From an uncultured virus (IMG/VR IMGVR_UViG_3300029309_000011) (lineage: Duplodnaviria; Heunggongvirae; Uroviricota; Caudoviricetes): DNA of 64,000 nt. Where the stretch lies: positions 1 through 64,000 of IMG/VR virus record IMGVR_UViG_3300029309_000011; one strand, written 5' to 3'. The notes beneath the pieces are model-generated. The model saw nothing but the letters and a program-made list of their open reading frames with translations, was not told the DNA's origin and made no database searches. The position numbers and the translations under genes are program-made. This document shows, piece after piece, positions 17,492 through 27,212 of the stretch (the first letter of the stretch is position 1; every line of letters starts with the position of its first letter).

Positions 17492-18433
17492 ATGACTGTA
17501 TTAGATCGTTTTAAAGATACTGATAAGTATCCTCGTCGCCTTAGAGAAAAATTTGCCACACTAATTGGACTCAGAGATGAGAAAGCATTATTTCTTAAAA
17601 AAGAAGAAATGGATCGTTGTGGTTGGCATGGCGATATTTCTGACTTCCCGAATGCTTCTGAAGAAGAATATGAATTTGGAGATGGCACTGTAAAAGATGG
17701 CATCATGTTTAAAACTCCACGTTTAATTATGCTTCGTGGAGCCCACAATACTGACCCAACATTTTTAGAAAGAAGTGATAAAGATCCTGTTACTGGAAGA
17801 AATAAAAGTACAATTATGGGTTTTTATGAAGATGCTAAATACCAATGGGATAGTTGGAAAGAGGAACATAAAGGATCTCATAAGACTTCACCTTTTAAAG
17901 TAAGAAGAATTATGTTGGTTTATTTAGTTAATAAGGATGGTAAACCAGCCCATAACAAACCATTAGTTCTTTCATTAGGTGGTGGTGCCCAGAAAAACTT
18001 TGTAGAAAAATATTCTCAATTTCTAGAACAGCTAGAAAGTTCCTATGCAAAGGCTACAGGAGATACAAATGCTGAGGGATTTGGAGAAAAGATGTGTGCC
18101 TCTGTTATATGGACACCAACTTTTGGTGTTGTTAAATATGGGGAGTTTGATGCGAAAGTACTTTCACCTAATAAATGGGTTGAACCTACACCATCAACAA
18201 TTGCTAATTTTTGGCCGAAAAAGGATGAGGACATAGATAACTATGAAAACATTTACGAATGCTTCCCTGTAGAGGCTTACGGTAAGAACTTCTTTAAACA
18301 GATGCAAGAGGAGGTAGGGATCAATGCATTAGCCCCTGGGGTTGATATAAGCACTGCTCCTGTTCTTCCAGCTGCTGACAATCTTGGCGAAAGAAACGTA
18401 GAAACTGGTGAATTAGTTGGTGGTTTAACTTAA
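17492..18433 (+). CDS. DUF5895-like replication/recombination protein
   Basis: Lies between SSB and Gp157; PRLIMLRG...HNKPLVLSLGG pattern. Confidence 0.45.
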   Translation: MTVLDRFKDTDKYPRRLREKFATLIGLRDEKALFLKKEEMDRCGWHGDISDFPNASEEEYEFGDGTVKDGIMFKTPRLIMLRGAHNTDPTFLERSDKDPVTGRNKSTIMGFYEDAKYQWDSWKEEHKGSHKTSPFKVRRIMLVYLVNKDGKPAHNKPLVLSLGGGAQKNFVEKYSQFLEQLESSYAKATGDTNAEGFGEKMCASVIWTPTFGVVKYGEFDAKVLSPNKWVEPTPSTIANFWPKKDEDIDNYENIYECFPVEAYGKNFFKQMQEEVGINALAPGVDISTAPVLPAADNLGERNVETGELVGGLT

Positions 18434-18580
18434 AAAATTTAAAAATCTGATAAAGCGGATAACTTTCTCGTAATTTTATCCGCTTTTTTTATGAGCTTTT
18501 TTGCGGAGTCTCTATCCTCACAAGCAGTAGCTTTTTCTAAAATTTTTACAAGTTTAGATGTTTTCAATTCAACAGACAAA

Positions 18581-18826
18581 TTAACCCTCGTAACTTTGTA
18601 CTCGTACATTTTTATCATCGACCGCAAGACGTTTAACCAAAGCTCTTATCATTGCTTGTCTCTGCATGACTAGGTTTACTAATTGCTTTGATGCTATCTT
18701 TACACTTTTTATATCATTTAAATTTTCTATTTCATTTTTTACAACAGTAGCTGTAAACTCATCCTCTAGTGTTGGTGTACAATCTAAAGGATCTAGAGTT
18801 AATTCAATTAAATCAAAAGATGCCAT
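18581..18826 (-). CDS. nblA: NblA-like protein
   Basis: PTLEDEF...IENLNDIKSVK...LVNLVMQRQAMIRALVK fits the NblA two-helix pattern. Confidence 0.55.
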   Translation of the reverse strand: MASFDLIELTLDPLDCTPTLEDEFTATVVKNEIENLNDIKSVKIASKQLVNLVMQRQAMIRALVKRLAVDDKNVRVQSYEG

Positions 18827-18909
18827 AATTATGAGGATATATTTATTATTCTACGTTACATATTGACAGAAACCGTACACAACTTACAATTTGACCAAAA
18901 CACTTTACA

Positions 18910-19509
18910 ATGGCTGACCCTTTAAGTTTTGTTCAATTACTTGAAAAAAGTAAAGAGATTGATGAAATCTTACAATCAACTAATGATGCTGAAGAAAAAG
19001 AAGAATTAGAATACATTTGGAATTGTCTGAAATCTAGAGAAGAATCAAAATTTGACGCAATAATTAGTGTCATAAAAGATTGTGATAAACAAATTTCTAT
19101 ACGAGAAAAAGAAATTTTAGAATTAAAAAAGAACCAAGATTATTGGAAAAGTAAAAGAAAAACTATTATTAATATTATTAAAAATGCTTACGAAAACAAA
19201 TTAATAAGTTCTATGCCTACTGGAAATAAATATCAGGCAACAATAAAATCCGTTAAATCCAAATTAATTGATGATTTTGATAATTGGTCAAATGAAGAAA
19301 AAATTAAATTTGGTTTAGTAAAAGAGACTTTTTTAAAAAGAATATTTAATGGTGAAATGTTAAATAAATCACAAGAAAAATTACCTGATAAAGAGCACTT
19401 AAGAAGGGCATTAATCGAAAACCCAGCAGCTGCCCCCTCGAAGGCGAAATTAGTACAGAGAGTGTCACTGACATACAACTTAAGAAAAAGATTAAAAAAG
19501 GGTGTCTAA
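18910..19509 (+). CDS. Siphovirus Gp157-like protein
   Basis: Coiled coil with KFDAI...PDKEHLRRAL...AKLV pattern; replication context. Confidence 0.65.
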   Translation: MADPLSFVQLLEKSKEIDEILQSTNDAEEKEELEYIWNCLKSREESKFDAIISVIKDCDKQISIREKEILELKKNQDYWKSKRKTIINIIKNAYENKLISSMPTGNKYQATIKSVKSKLIDDFDNWSNEEKIKFGLVKETFLKRIFNGEMLNKSQEKLPDKEHLRRALIENPAAAPSKAKLVQRVSLTYNLRKRLKKGV

Positions 19510-19980
19510 TATTGAATTTACATTAACTACAACTAAAATAGTAAAAAAAAATCATGACAAAAAAAGAAAAATTTAACAAGTTTATTGAAGATGCAGCTGT
19601 AGAAACTGAATCTGTTTCAATTCAAAATATGTTAAAAAACTACAAACAGAATCTTAAAAAGGGAACTATCGAAAATTACCAACTTTTCGACAGATAAATC
19701 CAAAATACAGAGCGTCTATCCTAGACATACCTACTTGGAATAACATGTCTGGTCAAAAAAAACCAAAAGTATTTGGTGGCACCTCATTATCACTTGAATC
19801 TATTTTTTATGAGGGGTATGAGATTAAAAGTTTGAAACATGGAAATACAGGATTAGTTTTATATAAGTATCCAAATAAACTTTATAAATGGGAAGGTTGT
19901 TGGACTAGTTGTATAGAAAGTGCTAAAACAGGGGTAGAAAAATTCTTACAGCAAACCAAAAACAAAAAAACTTTTAAATA

Positions 19981-20244
19981 ATGTTAACTATTGAAAGGTC
20001 ACTGATGAGTAATTTAATGGATGATTTAGCTAAAGGTATTTATAAATATCTTTATGAATCTTCAACAGAATTTGAAGGTAATCATTTTGTGTTAGTTCCT
20101 ATTACTGATGTTGTAAAAAAATTTCAAAGAAATCATAGGACTATTCAAAGAAGGATTGCTGCCTTAAAGGATGAAGGATTACTTATACCAGTGATAAAGA
20201 GACATACAATAACTCTTTATCAAATACTAAATCAGGAGGAATAA
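19981..20244 (+). CDS. winged-helix DNA-binding protein
   Basis: ITDVVKKFQRNHRTIQRRIAALKDEGLL. Confidence 0.7.
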   Translation: MLTIERSLMSNLMDDLAKGIYKYLYESSTEFEGNHFVLVPITDVVKKFQRNHRTIQRRIAALKDEGLLIPVIKRHTITLYQILNQEE

Positions 20245-20555
20245 TGACTACAGAAAAAAATCCACAACATGATCCTTATATAGAACATCTTGATTTTTTA
20301 CTATCTTCTTTTACCGATAATGGTAGATCATTAAGAGGTTTTACTATAAATCCTCAAGAACTGGCAATAACAATGCTCACAGCTGGTCTTTTATCAAACT
20401 CTAAACTGATGATCAGTCCTGATGATGCAATTAAATCTGCTTTTGATATACATAAAAGAATTCAACACCATGTTGCTAAATATCAAAATATACAATTTGC
20501 TTCCAAAATTGAAGACTGTTTTGAGGAAAGACCGCCAGAAGTAGACCAAGATTAG
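20244..20555 (+). CDS. hypothetical protein
   Basis: GGAGG RBS and TAATG overlap. Confidence 0.6.
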   Translation: MTTEKNPQHDPYIEHLDFLLSSFTDNGRSLRGFTINPQELAITMLTAGLLSNSKLMISPDDAIKSAFDIHKRIQHHVAKYQNIQFASKIEDCFEERPPEVDQD

Positions 20556-20590
20556 GGGGCGATATCCTGTCAACAGCTGACTATTTATTC

Positions 20591-21415
20591 TTGGATTATC
20601 GTTCTAAAGGCGACACAAGAGTTACTATAAATGGGTCAAGGCACTATAAGACTCCTTATGGTGCTCTACCATCTGTAACCACAATCCTCTCAGCAACACA
20701 AGGCAATAAAGCAGCGTTAGAAAGATGGGCTAAAAAAAATCCCGGAGGTCGAGAAGCTGCAGCTGCGAGAGGAACAAAAGTTCATTCCTTAATGGAAGAA
20801 TATTTACTGGGTATTGACAAAGAACCAGTCATTGAAGACAAAGAAATAGCTGAATATTGGGAAGGATTACCTAAGAATTTAAGTAAATTAAACAATGTTA
20901 TCTGGGCAGAAAACCCAGCAAATGTTGACGATTATGCTTGGACTAAAGGTTCTGATGGTGTATCTCGTGTTTGGCATCCTGGTTTTAAAGAAGATGAGAC
21001 ATATGGATGGGCTGGAGCTCCAGACATTGTTGCTGAATATAAAGGTCAAATAGTATTAGGGGATTTAAAGACATCTACAAATCCTTATTGCTCAAAATGG
21101 CCTGACTCAAGTACACCAAAACATGAATATGGTAAGAAGAGATCTGGGTTTATGAAATATCAAAAATGTCAATTACAACTTGCTGCTTATGCGTTAGGAC
21201 TTGAACACACAATTAATATAGTTCCTGATTTATGTATGACTTTCGTTGCTACAAGAGAGATATCTCAAGTTTTTGTAATTCAGAAACATACTATTGATAA
21301 ATACAAGAAGAAATGGAAAGACATAGTTACAAAATATTACGAAGAGGTTCTCCCTTCAAAAAAGAAGTCAGAGCTTGAGATGGAGGGGATAAATGGAGAT
21401 AACACAGACACGTAA
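20591..21415 (+). CDS. PD-(D/E)XK exonuclease
   Basis: PSVTTIL, RGTKVH, AGAPD, DLKTS and QLAAYA motifs. Confidence 0.85.
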   Translation: MDYRSKGDTRVTINGSRHYKTPYGALPSVTTILSATQGNKAALERWAKKNPGGREAAAARGTKVHSLMEEYLLGIDKEPVIEDKEIAEYWEGLPKNLSKLNNVIWAENPANVDDYAWTKGSDGVSRVWHPGFKEDETYGWAGAPDIVAEYKGQIVLGDLKTSTNPYCSKWPDSSTPKHEYGKKRSGFMKYQKCQLQLAAYALGLEHTINIVPDLCMTFVATREISQVFVIQKHTIDKYKKKWKDIVTKYYEEVLPSKKKSELEMEGINGDNTDT

Positions 21416-21564
21416 TAGGTAGGTCTATGTAGCATAAATTAAAGGATATCAACACTAACTGTGGGGTACAAATCCTAAGAAAAAAGAAAATTTCCCTATA
21501 TATAGGGGTTTCTTAGTCAAAAATAAGAGTTACTCTCATACTGTTAGACAAAAAATATTGAATA

Positions 21565-24132
21565 ATGCCAACTGCACCCCAAGAACCAAATAATCATTTA
21601 AAAGCGGGAGAGATTAATTTTGACCTTATCCCAAAGGATTGGGCGTTAACTCCTCTGCAAGGTAAAAGAGCATATATAGCTGGTTGGACTACTCAACCCT
21701 ACTCAGTGGAAGAAATAAAACGTGAGTTTGATCAGGGAAAGGCAACAGGAATTGGATTAATAACAGGTGTCTGGTCTAACAGTGGTGGATTGATATGGGT
21801 AGATATAGATGGATCAGAGGCTATAAAGGGTCTTGAGGAGCTCGCAGGGGCTCCTATATCGGCTGCTTTTCCTCCTACCCTCACCATATCTTCTGGTAAA
21901 CCTGATAGGCAAAGAATGCTATTTAGCATTCCTTCAACAAAATTAAATCTTTTACCTGATAAAGCAACAATAAAAATAGGGATACCTGCTTTTGAAATTC
22001 TTTTTAGATCAAGGCAAGGAGCAATAATGGGTAGTCATCCTGATACTGATGGCTATTTTACAACTTCTCATGGTGGATTTGAATATGCAAAGAATCCTCC
22101 AGAAATCCCTGAATGGTTATATGAAGCAATAGCAAAATCTTACCCTACAACAAAATATAAAAAACCTATTAAGTCTGGGATTGTCACTCAACAAGTGAAT
22201 CTTGATTATGAAGAAGGGTCAGAATATCAATTAGAGGAATGTGTCAATGAAGCCAAGATATATCTTGATCATTTAAATCCTGCAAGATCGGCTGACTATG
22301 ACGACTGGTTAAAAGTAGGTATGAGTTTAAAACAAATAGATGAGAGTCTATTAGCTGACTGGATTGATTGGTCAAAGCAAGCAGAAAATTTTGAAGATGG
22401 TGTATGTGAAAGAAAGTGGGACACATTTGAAATTGTAAATGGTGGTCCTGCTCCAGAAAATCATTGTGGTTTACATCATCTAAGAGCAATGGCTAAAGAA
22501 GATGGTTATATAGATGTTGGAGGTTTTGTCGTTGAATCTCCAGAAAACTTGGCTAAAAAGGCAAAAAAAGCCTTTCAACAAGATAATGCAGAACTACCTA
22601 TTCCTTTTGTAAATCAAGTATTAACAGAGTTAATAGGTGAACCTTCTAATGTGGAAAGAAAATCAATTAGAGAAAATATAAATAGTAAAGGAAAACCAAA
22701 AACACCACCTGCTTCGGAATTAGCCGAAATGGTCACAGGTATGGTTATTGAATGTGGCTGGAGATATGACCCTAAATATGATACTTTCATGTTTTATCAA
22801 CGTAAAAAAGGTACTTGGAGGAGAGAAGAATATAAAGATGAATATAAACATTTTGTTCAAGATTTATTTTTAAGAGAAAGTATTCCTACTCCTGGTGGTT
22901 TCACCTCTCATCTTTTATCTGATGTAACAAATTTAACAAAAGCCTATATTACTCAACCTTATTGGAATGACGATCCTGATAAATTAGCTTTTTTAAATGG
23001 GGTATTAGAAATGAGCACTGGAGAATTTTTACCTCATGACCAAGAAAATTATTTAACTTGGGGTCTTGACTTTGAATATGATCCTAATGCTGAGTCTGGT
23101 CCTATAATTCAATGGCTTAAGAAAACACAATATAATGATGAAGAAAGAGTACAGGTTTTGAGAGCTTGGCTTAAAGCTTGTCTTGTTGGTAAAGGTCATG
23201 AATTACAACGATTTTTAGAAGTCATCGGCCCTGGTGGTAGAGGGAAATCTACTTTTGCTAACCTATGCTGTGCTCTTATAGGTAATGGAAACTATGCCTC
23301 TACAACGCTTAATCAACTTGAACAAAGTCGTTTTGAAATAGCCTCAATAAAAGGAAAAAGACTTACTTTGATAAATGACTCTGAACGATATGGAGGTTCC
23401 GCACAAATTTTTAAAGCTTTGACAGGAGGAGATAATTTAAGATTTGAAGAAAAAAATAAAAATGTTGGTGAGCCTTTTGTTTATACAGGAATGGTTATGG
23501 TCTGTGCTAACGAACCTATTCAAACCACAGATAATACTTCTGGCCTTACTAGAAGAAGACTCACTGTTGAGTTTAATAGACCTTTATGGGACAAAAATTC
23601 TGAAGCAATAGAAATGATAAAGCTTGAGAACGGAGAAGTAAAAGGGTTATGGAAGTCTTATTTGCCAGGATTAGTAAATTGGGTACTGCAAATGGAAACG
23701 AAACAAATGAGAGAATATCTTCTTGATACATATGAAAAAGTAACCCACCTCAAAGCGGTTAGAAATAATATTCTTCTTACAAGCAACAATCTAGTTGAAT
23801 GGTTACAGTCTGAAGTAGTCCATTCTCCTGAATCAGTGTCTGCTGTAGGTAAAAAAATACCAGCTGCAAAAGATGCAAAAGAGAGATATGTAAACAGTAA
23901 TTTTCATTTATATGCTTCTTACTGTTCATATTGTGAAGATACAGGATCAAAACCAGTAGGCCAAAAAAGGTTTATAGCTTTGTTATTAGATTGTTGCAAA
24001 AATCAACTTGGAATGAAGGAAATCTACAGTTTTAGTAAAAAAGGAAGACCATTTATTAAAGGATTAGTAATAAGAAATAGTGATCAAAAATATAAATCTT
24101 CAGAAACTATACTCCCAGAAAAGCAGACGTAG
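21565..24132 (+). CDS. Prim-Pol + PriCT-2 + D5/P4-type SF3 primase-helicase
   Basis: VDIDG prim-pol motif; YDDWLKVGMSL PriCT-2; FLNGVL D5_N; Walker A GPGGRGKST; KALTGGD. Confidence 0.92.
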   Translation: MPTAPQEPNNHLKAGEINFDLIPKDWALTPLQGKRAYIAGWTTQPYSVEEIKREFDQGKATGIGLITGVWSNSGGLIWVDIDGSEAIKGLEELAGAPISAAFPPTLTISSGKPDRQRMLFSIPSTKLNLLPDKATIKIGIPAFEILFRSRQGAIMGSHPDTDGYFTTSHGGFEYAKNPPEIPEWLYEAIAKSYPTTKYKKPIKSGIVTQQVNLDYEEGSEYQLEECVNEAKIYLDHLNPARSADYDDWLKVGMSLKQIDESLLADWIDWSKQAENFEDGVCERKWDTFEIVNGGPAPENHCGLHHLRAMAKEDGYIDVGGFVVESPENLAKKAKKAFQQDNAELPIPFVNQVLTELIGEPSNVERKSIRENINSKGKPKTPPASELAEMVTGMVIECGWRYDPKYDTFMFYQRKKGTWRREEYKDEYKHFVQDLFLRESIPTPGGFTSHLLSDVTNLTKAYITQPYWNDDPDKLAFLNGVLEMSTGEFLPHDQENYLTWGLDFEYDPNAESGPIIQWLKKTQYNDEERVQVLRAWLKACLVGKGHELQRFLEVIGPGGRGKSTFANLCCALIGNGNYASTTLNQLEQSRFEIASIKGKRLTLINDSERYGGSAQIFKALTGGDNLRFEEKNKNVGEPFVYTGMVMVCANEPIQTTDNTSGLTRRRLTVEFNRPLWDKNSEAIEMIKLENGEVKGLWKSYLPGLVNWVLQMETKQMREYLLDTYEKVTHLKAVRNNILLTSNNLVEWLQSEVVHSPESVSAVGKKIPAAKDAKERYVNSNFHLYASYCSYCEDTGSKPVGQKRFIALLLDCCKNQLGMKEIYSFSKKGRPFIKGLVIRNSDQKYKSSETILPEKQT

Positions 24133-24171
24133 GAAGGGATATAAAAAAAACTGATACTATATATTATTTTT

Positions 24172-24209
24172 GTTAAGTAATATTAAGTAGTGTTACAAAA
24201 TGTAACAAG
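24172..24209 (+). promoter_or_regulatory. HLR1 (RpaB)-like direct repeats upstream of the hli cluster
   Basis: GTTAAGTA, ATTAAGTA, GTTACAAA and GTAACAAG at exact 10-bp period. Confidence 0.55.
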
Positions 24210-24240
24210 TGTAAAATATAAAGAAGATATAAACAACCTA

Positions 24241-24432
24241 ATGACAACAGTTACAGAATCAGGTGGTCGCCAGAATATTTACTCTGTTGAGCCTCGCACT
24301 CAAATAGATCCTAACTATGAAGGTTATCCGTTAGAAGCTGAAAAAGCAAACGGTAGATGGGCAATGATTGGTATTGTTGCTTTATTAGGTGCTTATACTA
24401 CAACTGGTCAGATTATTCCTGGCATTTTCTAA
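24241..24432 (+). CDS. hli: high-light inducible protein
   Basis: AEKANGRWAMIG...TGQIIPGIF. Confidence 0.95.
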   Translation: MTTVTESGGRQNIYSVEPRTQIDPNYEGYPLEAEKANGRWAMIGIVALLGAYTTTGQIIPGIF

Positions 24433-24450
24433 ATTACCCCCTTTATTATC

Positions 24451-24558
24451 ATGACTCCTGAAGCAGAAAGATTTAATGGCTGGGCAGCAATGCTTGGTTT
24501 CGTTGCAGCAGTAGGTGCATATGCAACTACAGGTAACATAATTCCTGGCATATTCTAA
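24451..24558 (+). CDS. hli: high-light inducible protein (35 aa)
   Basis: MTPEAERFNGWAAMLGF...TGNIIPGIF. Confidence 0.95.
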   Translation: MTPEAERFNGWAAMLGFVAAVGAYATTGNIIPGIF

Positions 24559-24671
24559 TGAATAACAAAGATATTTTTCTTAAAGCACAAGGCAGAGCAG
24601 CAATGATGGGATTCATCGTTATATGTACAGTTTATGGCTTTACAGGACAACTTATACCCGGATTTGTATAA
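24558..24671 (+). CDS. hli: high-light inducible protein, divergent (37 aa)
   Basis: KAQGRAAMMGF...TGQLIPGFV; TAATG overlap. Confidence 0.85.
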   Translation: MNNKDIFLKAQGRAAMMGFIVICTVYGFTGQLIPGFV

Positions 24672-24814
24672 TGGACATTCAATCTTATTCTAAACCAATT
24701 GAAAAACAAAAAATAATTGCTGAGAGACTTAATGGTCAATTAGCAATGTTAGGTGTAATTGCAGCAGTAGGAGCTTATTTAACTACTGGTCAATTAATTC
24801 CTGGTTTTGTTTAA
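24671..24814 (+). CDS. hli: high-light inducible protein (47 aa)
   Basis: AERLNGQLAMLG...TGQLIPGFV. Confidence 0.95.
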   Translation: MDIQSYSKPIEKQKIIAERLNGQLAMLGVIAAVGAYLTTGQLIPGFV

Positions 24815-24984
24815 TGATATTAGAAGATTCTTATCTGATATCAAATTTTTCTTCAATCCTATGGGTGTTTTATCCCATAGGTTGTTTAATTCTTATAGAA
24901 TTAATTTTACGTGCCATCGATGGTGACGATGATGATGACCAAAGTGGCGGTATCATGACTCCTATTTTTCAAAAAGCAAAATGA
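24814..24984 (+). CDS. small membrane protein with DDDDDxxGGxMxP motif
   Basis: Manual translation; coupled to the last hli by TAATG. Confidence 0.7.
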   Translation: MILEDSYLISNFSSILWVFYPIGCLILIELILRAIDGDDDDDQSGGIMTPIFQKAK

Positions 24985-25055
24985 ATCACCTCTATTTCAC
25001 AGTCTTAATTTCTTTATACATTTTTAGTAATGTAGGATCTGTTGTATTTGCGTGA
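24981..25055 (+). CDS. 24-aa hydrophobic peptide
   Basis: ATGA overlap; MNHLYFTVLISLYIFSNVGSVVFA. Confidence 0.5.
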   Translation: MNHLYFTVLISLYIFSNVGSVVFA

Positions 25056-25153
25056 ACAGAATTTTTTACAGCCCCTATTACTCATTATATGAGTTTATTT
25101 TCTTTGTTATTGTAGGTACAATAGCAGGAATGTATGGTTTTTTAGAGGTATAA
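25052..25153 (+). CDS. 33-aa hydrophobic peptide
   Basis: GTGA overlap; SPYYSLYEFIFFVIVGTIAG. Confidence 0.55.
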   Translation: MNRIFYSPYYSLYEFIFFVIVGTIAGMYGFLEV

Positions 25154-25158
25154 ATATT

Positions 25159-25500
25159 TTATTTTTTGTGTTTATGTTGAGGATAATCTTTAGTCATTGC
25201 TTTTTTAGATAAATTAAAAGTATCTCCACCACCTTCATGTCCATGAGCTATTCCTAATTCATGTAATCTTGAGTGTTCTTTAATTTCATCTCTTAAATTT
25301 TTACCACCTTTGCCAAAAGTCATATAAATTCCATAGATCAATAAAAGTAAAACCAGTAAACCAATAAATACAGCAAAAGCTGCACCTTGACCTAAATTTC
25401 CGTGAGGAATAAGAGTTTCTTTGCATTTTTCAATTTTCTCTGCATCTGCCCATGTACCTGGTAAAGTATAAATTGGGGGACAAGATAAAAAATAATTCAT
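25159..25500 (-). CDS. psbN: PsbN-like membrane protein with N- and C-terminal extensions
   Basis: TM helix followed by YGIYMTFGKGGKNLRDEIKEH, resembling the PsbN motif YxxFGPPSxxLRDPFEEH. Confidence 0.6.
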   Translation of the reverse strand: MNYFLSCPPIYTLPGTWADAEKIEKCKETLIPHGNLGQGAAFAVFIGLLVLLLLIYGIYMTFGKGGKNLRDEIKEHSRLHELGIAHGHEGGGDTFNLSKKAMTKDYPQHKHKK

Positions 25501-25748
25501 AATTTTGATACCTTTAGTTCATTTAAGAGTTTTGTCCAAACACCTTGTGATGCTTTTTTAATTGATTTTTCTTCTTTAAATATATAAAGAAGTCTATGAT
25601 TGGTTTTTTCAAGATCATAAAGATCAACCATCTTCTCATATAATATTTGACTTACTCTAAAATGAAAGGCTAAATGCCAGCAAATCACATTATTTAACAC
25701 ATAAATAATCTAAGTATTTACATTTTAAACATATTTATATTTTTGTCT

Positions 25749-26195
25749 CTATTGTGGTTTTGTAGGCCATGTAATATTGAATGGATCAGATTGTGTAGGA
25801 ACATCTCTTAATGCCTGACGATATGTTTTCCATTCGTCCGATAAAGTAAGATCACTACCGGCTCTCCAATCAGTTTCTGTTAATAAATTATTTCTTTGAT
25901 TTCTCACTGATCTCCATTCTTGTGTTGTAAGAGCAGTTTGTTCATCTGCTGTTGTCGATTCTACTTTCACGTTATAAACCTTACCATTATCAATATAAGC
26001 ATCTACTGTAGATAATTTTTGTATTGGTGTTGTATAAGCAAGAGTTTCAACAAGTTCAACAACATTATTTGCTGTTAGAAAATCTGTATTAGGACCGGCA
26101 GCAGTGAAACTAGTGTTAGGAAACAATTGTTGGATCGTACCAGTTTTTCGTACAGTGGATACACCTTCTTCATTGTCAATAATTGCGTATTTCAT
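25749..26195 (-). CDS. tail fibre assembly chaperone-like protein
   Basis: RNNLLTETDW...WKTYRQALRDVP...ITWPTKP. Confidence 0.8.
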   Translation of the reverse strand: MKYAIIDNEEGVSTVRKTGTIQQLFPNTSFTAAGPNTDFLTANNVVELVETLAYTTPIQKLSTVDAYIDNGKVYNVKVESTTADEQTALTTQEWRSVRNQRNNLLTETDWRAGSDLTLSDEWKTYRQALRDVPTQSDPFNITWPTKPQ

Positions 26196-26249
26196 AATTA
26201 AGTCTTTAAATATATTCTTTTTATATTATATACAAGGTTTAGATTAAGA

Positions 26250-27212
26250 TTAGCCATCACCACTAAATACAAACCCTGTATGTTGAGAAATGCTACCAGA
26301 AGTTGGTGTTCTTACACCATTCCAATAAACGAAATCACATGAAGCATCATTATTATTTCTATTACCCATTCCAAAAGCTGGTTTGGAAGCAGTAGACAAA
26401 TGGAATGGATCAAGTAGTGATTGACTTCCATCTCCATCTGAATAAGATGTATTAGTTCCTGTCGGTATTCCAAACGCAAAGATACCATCGTCTGCAGACA
26501 ACTTGCCATTACCCTGATATCCTGTAGAAGTTGCTTGTGAGTTATTACTAAAGTTCCACCCAACTTTACCAGCAGTTGTATTTGAATAAATAGTACCAGA
26601 AGGGTCTATTGCAACAGGATGAATATTAAGCATATCAGATAACTCATCTCCTGAAGGATAAAAAATATCACGTACTGCATATAATCCAGGAGAATATTGT
26701 CCTGTCCAAAGATTATTTCTGCCTTTTTCGGCTGTGGATGTACCAGTGCCTTGGTTGCCATCAGTATCTACTGAACCAACATTACCTCCAATAAATACCC
26801 AAATTAAAATACCATCAAAATTACCACCATCAAACTGTGCCATAGCCATCCATTTTTTACCGTCTATAGCACTTAAACCCTCACTACTACCACCACTCAT
26901 ATCAACAATCTCATTTCCTGTAGAAATAATATTACCTCCATTTGAGTTTGCGTTAAATCCTAAAGCTGTATGAGTTCTTTTACCACCTCCAACTGTTGTT
27001 ACTGAAATATCTTCTGCACAAGCATCTTTCCCAATCACTGCAAATACGTTAAAAGCAGAATTTTTTGCTTCGATTAAACTTTGGATATTTTGTAAATTTG
27101 ATGGTGAGGGAAGAGTTGCAGATCCTAAAGACGTTGCGAGTGATTTTAAATCTTGAAAGATTCCACCACCACTGTTACCTGCAGCAGCACGAAGTCTGTG
27201 GTGTAATGTCAT
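26250..27212 (-). CDS. putative tail fibre / receptor-binding protein
   Basis: Gly/Ser/Thr-rich; lies between a fibre gene and a chaperone gene. Confidence 0.55.
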   Translation of the reverse strand: MTLHHRLRAAAGNSGGGIFQDLKSLATSLGSATLPSPSNLQNIQSLIEAKNSAFNVFAVIGKDACAEDISVTTVGGGKRTHTALGFNANSNGGNIISTGNEIVDMSGGSSEGLSAIDGKKWMAMAQFDGGNFDGILIWVFIGGNVGSVDTDGNQGTGTSTAEKGRNNLWTGQYSPGLYAVRDIFYPSGDELSDMLNIHPVAIDPSGTIYSNTTAGKVGWNFSNNSQATSTGYQGNGKLSADDGIFAFGIPTGTNTSYSDGDGSQSLLDPFHLSTASKPAFGMGNRNNNDASCDFVYWNGVRTPTSGSISQHTGFVFSGDG

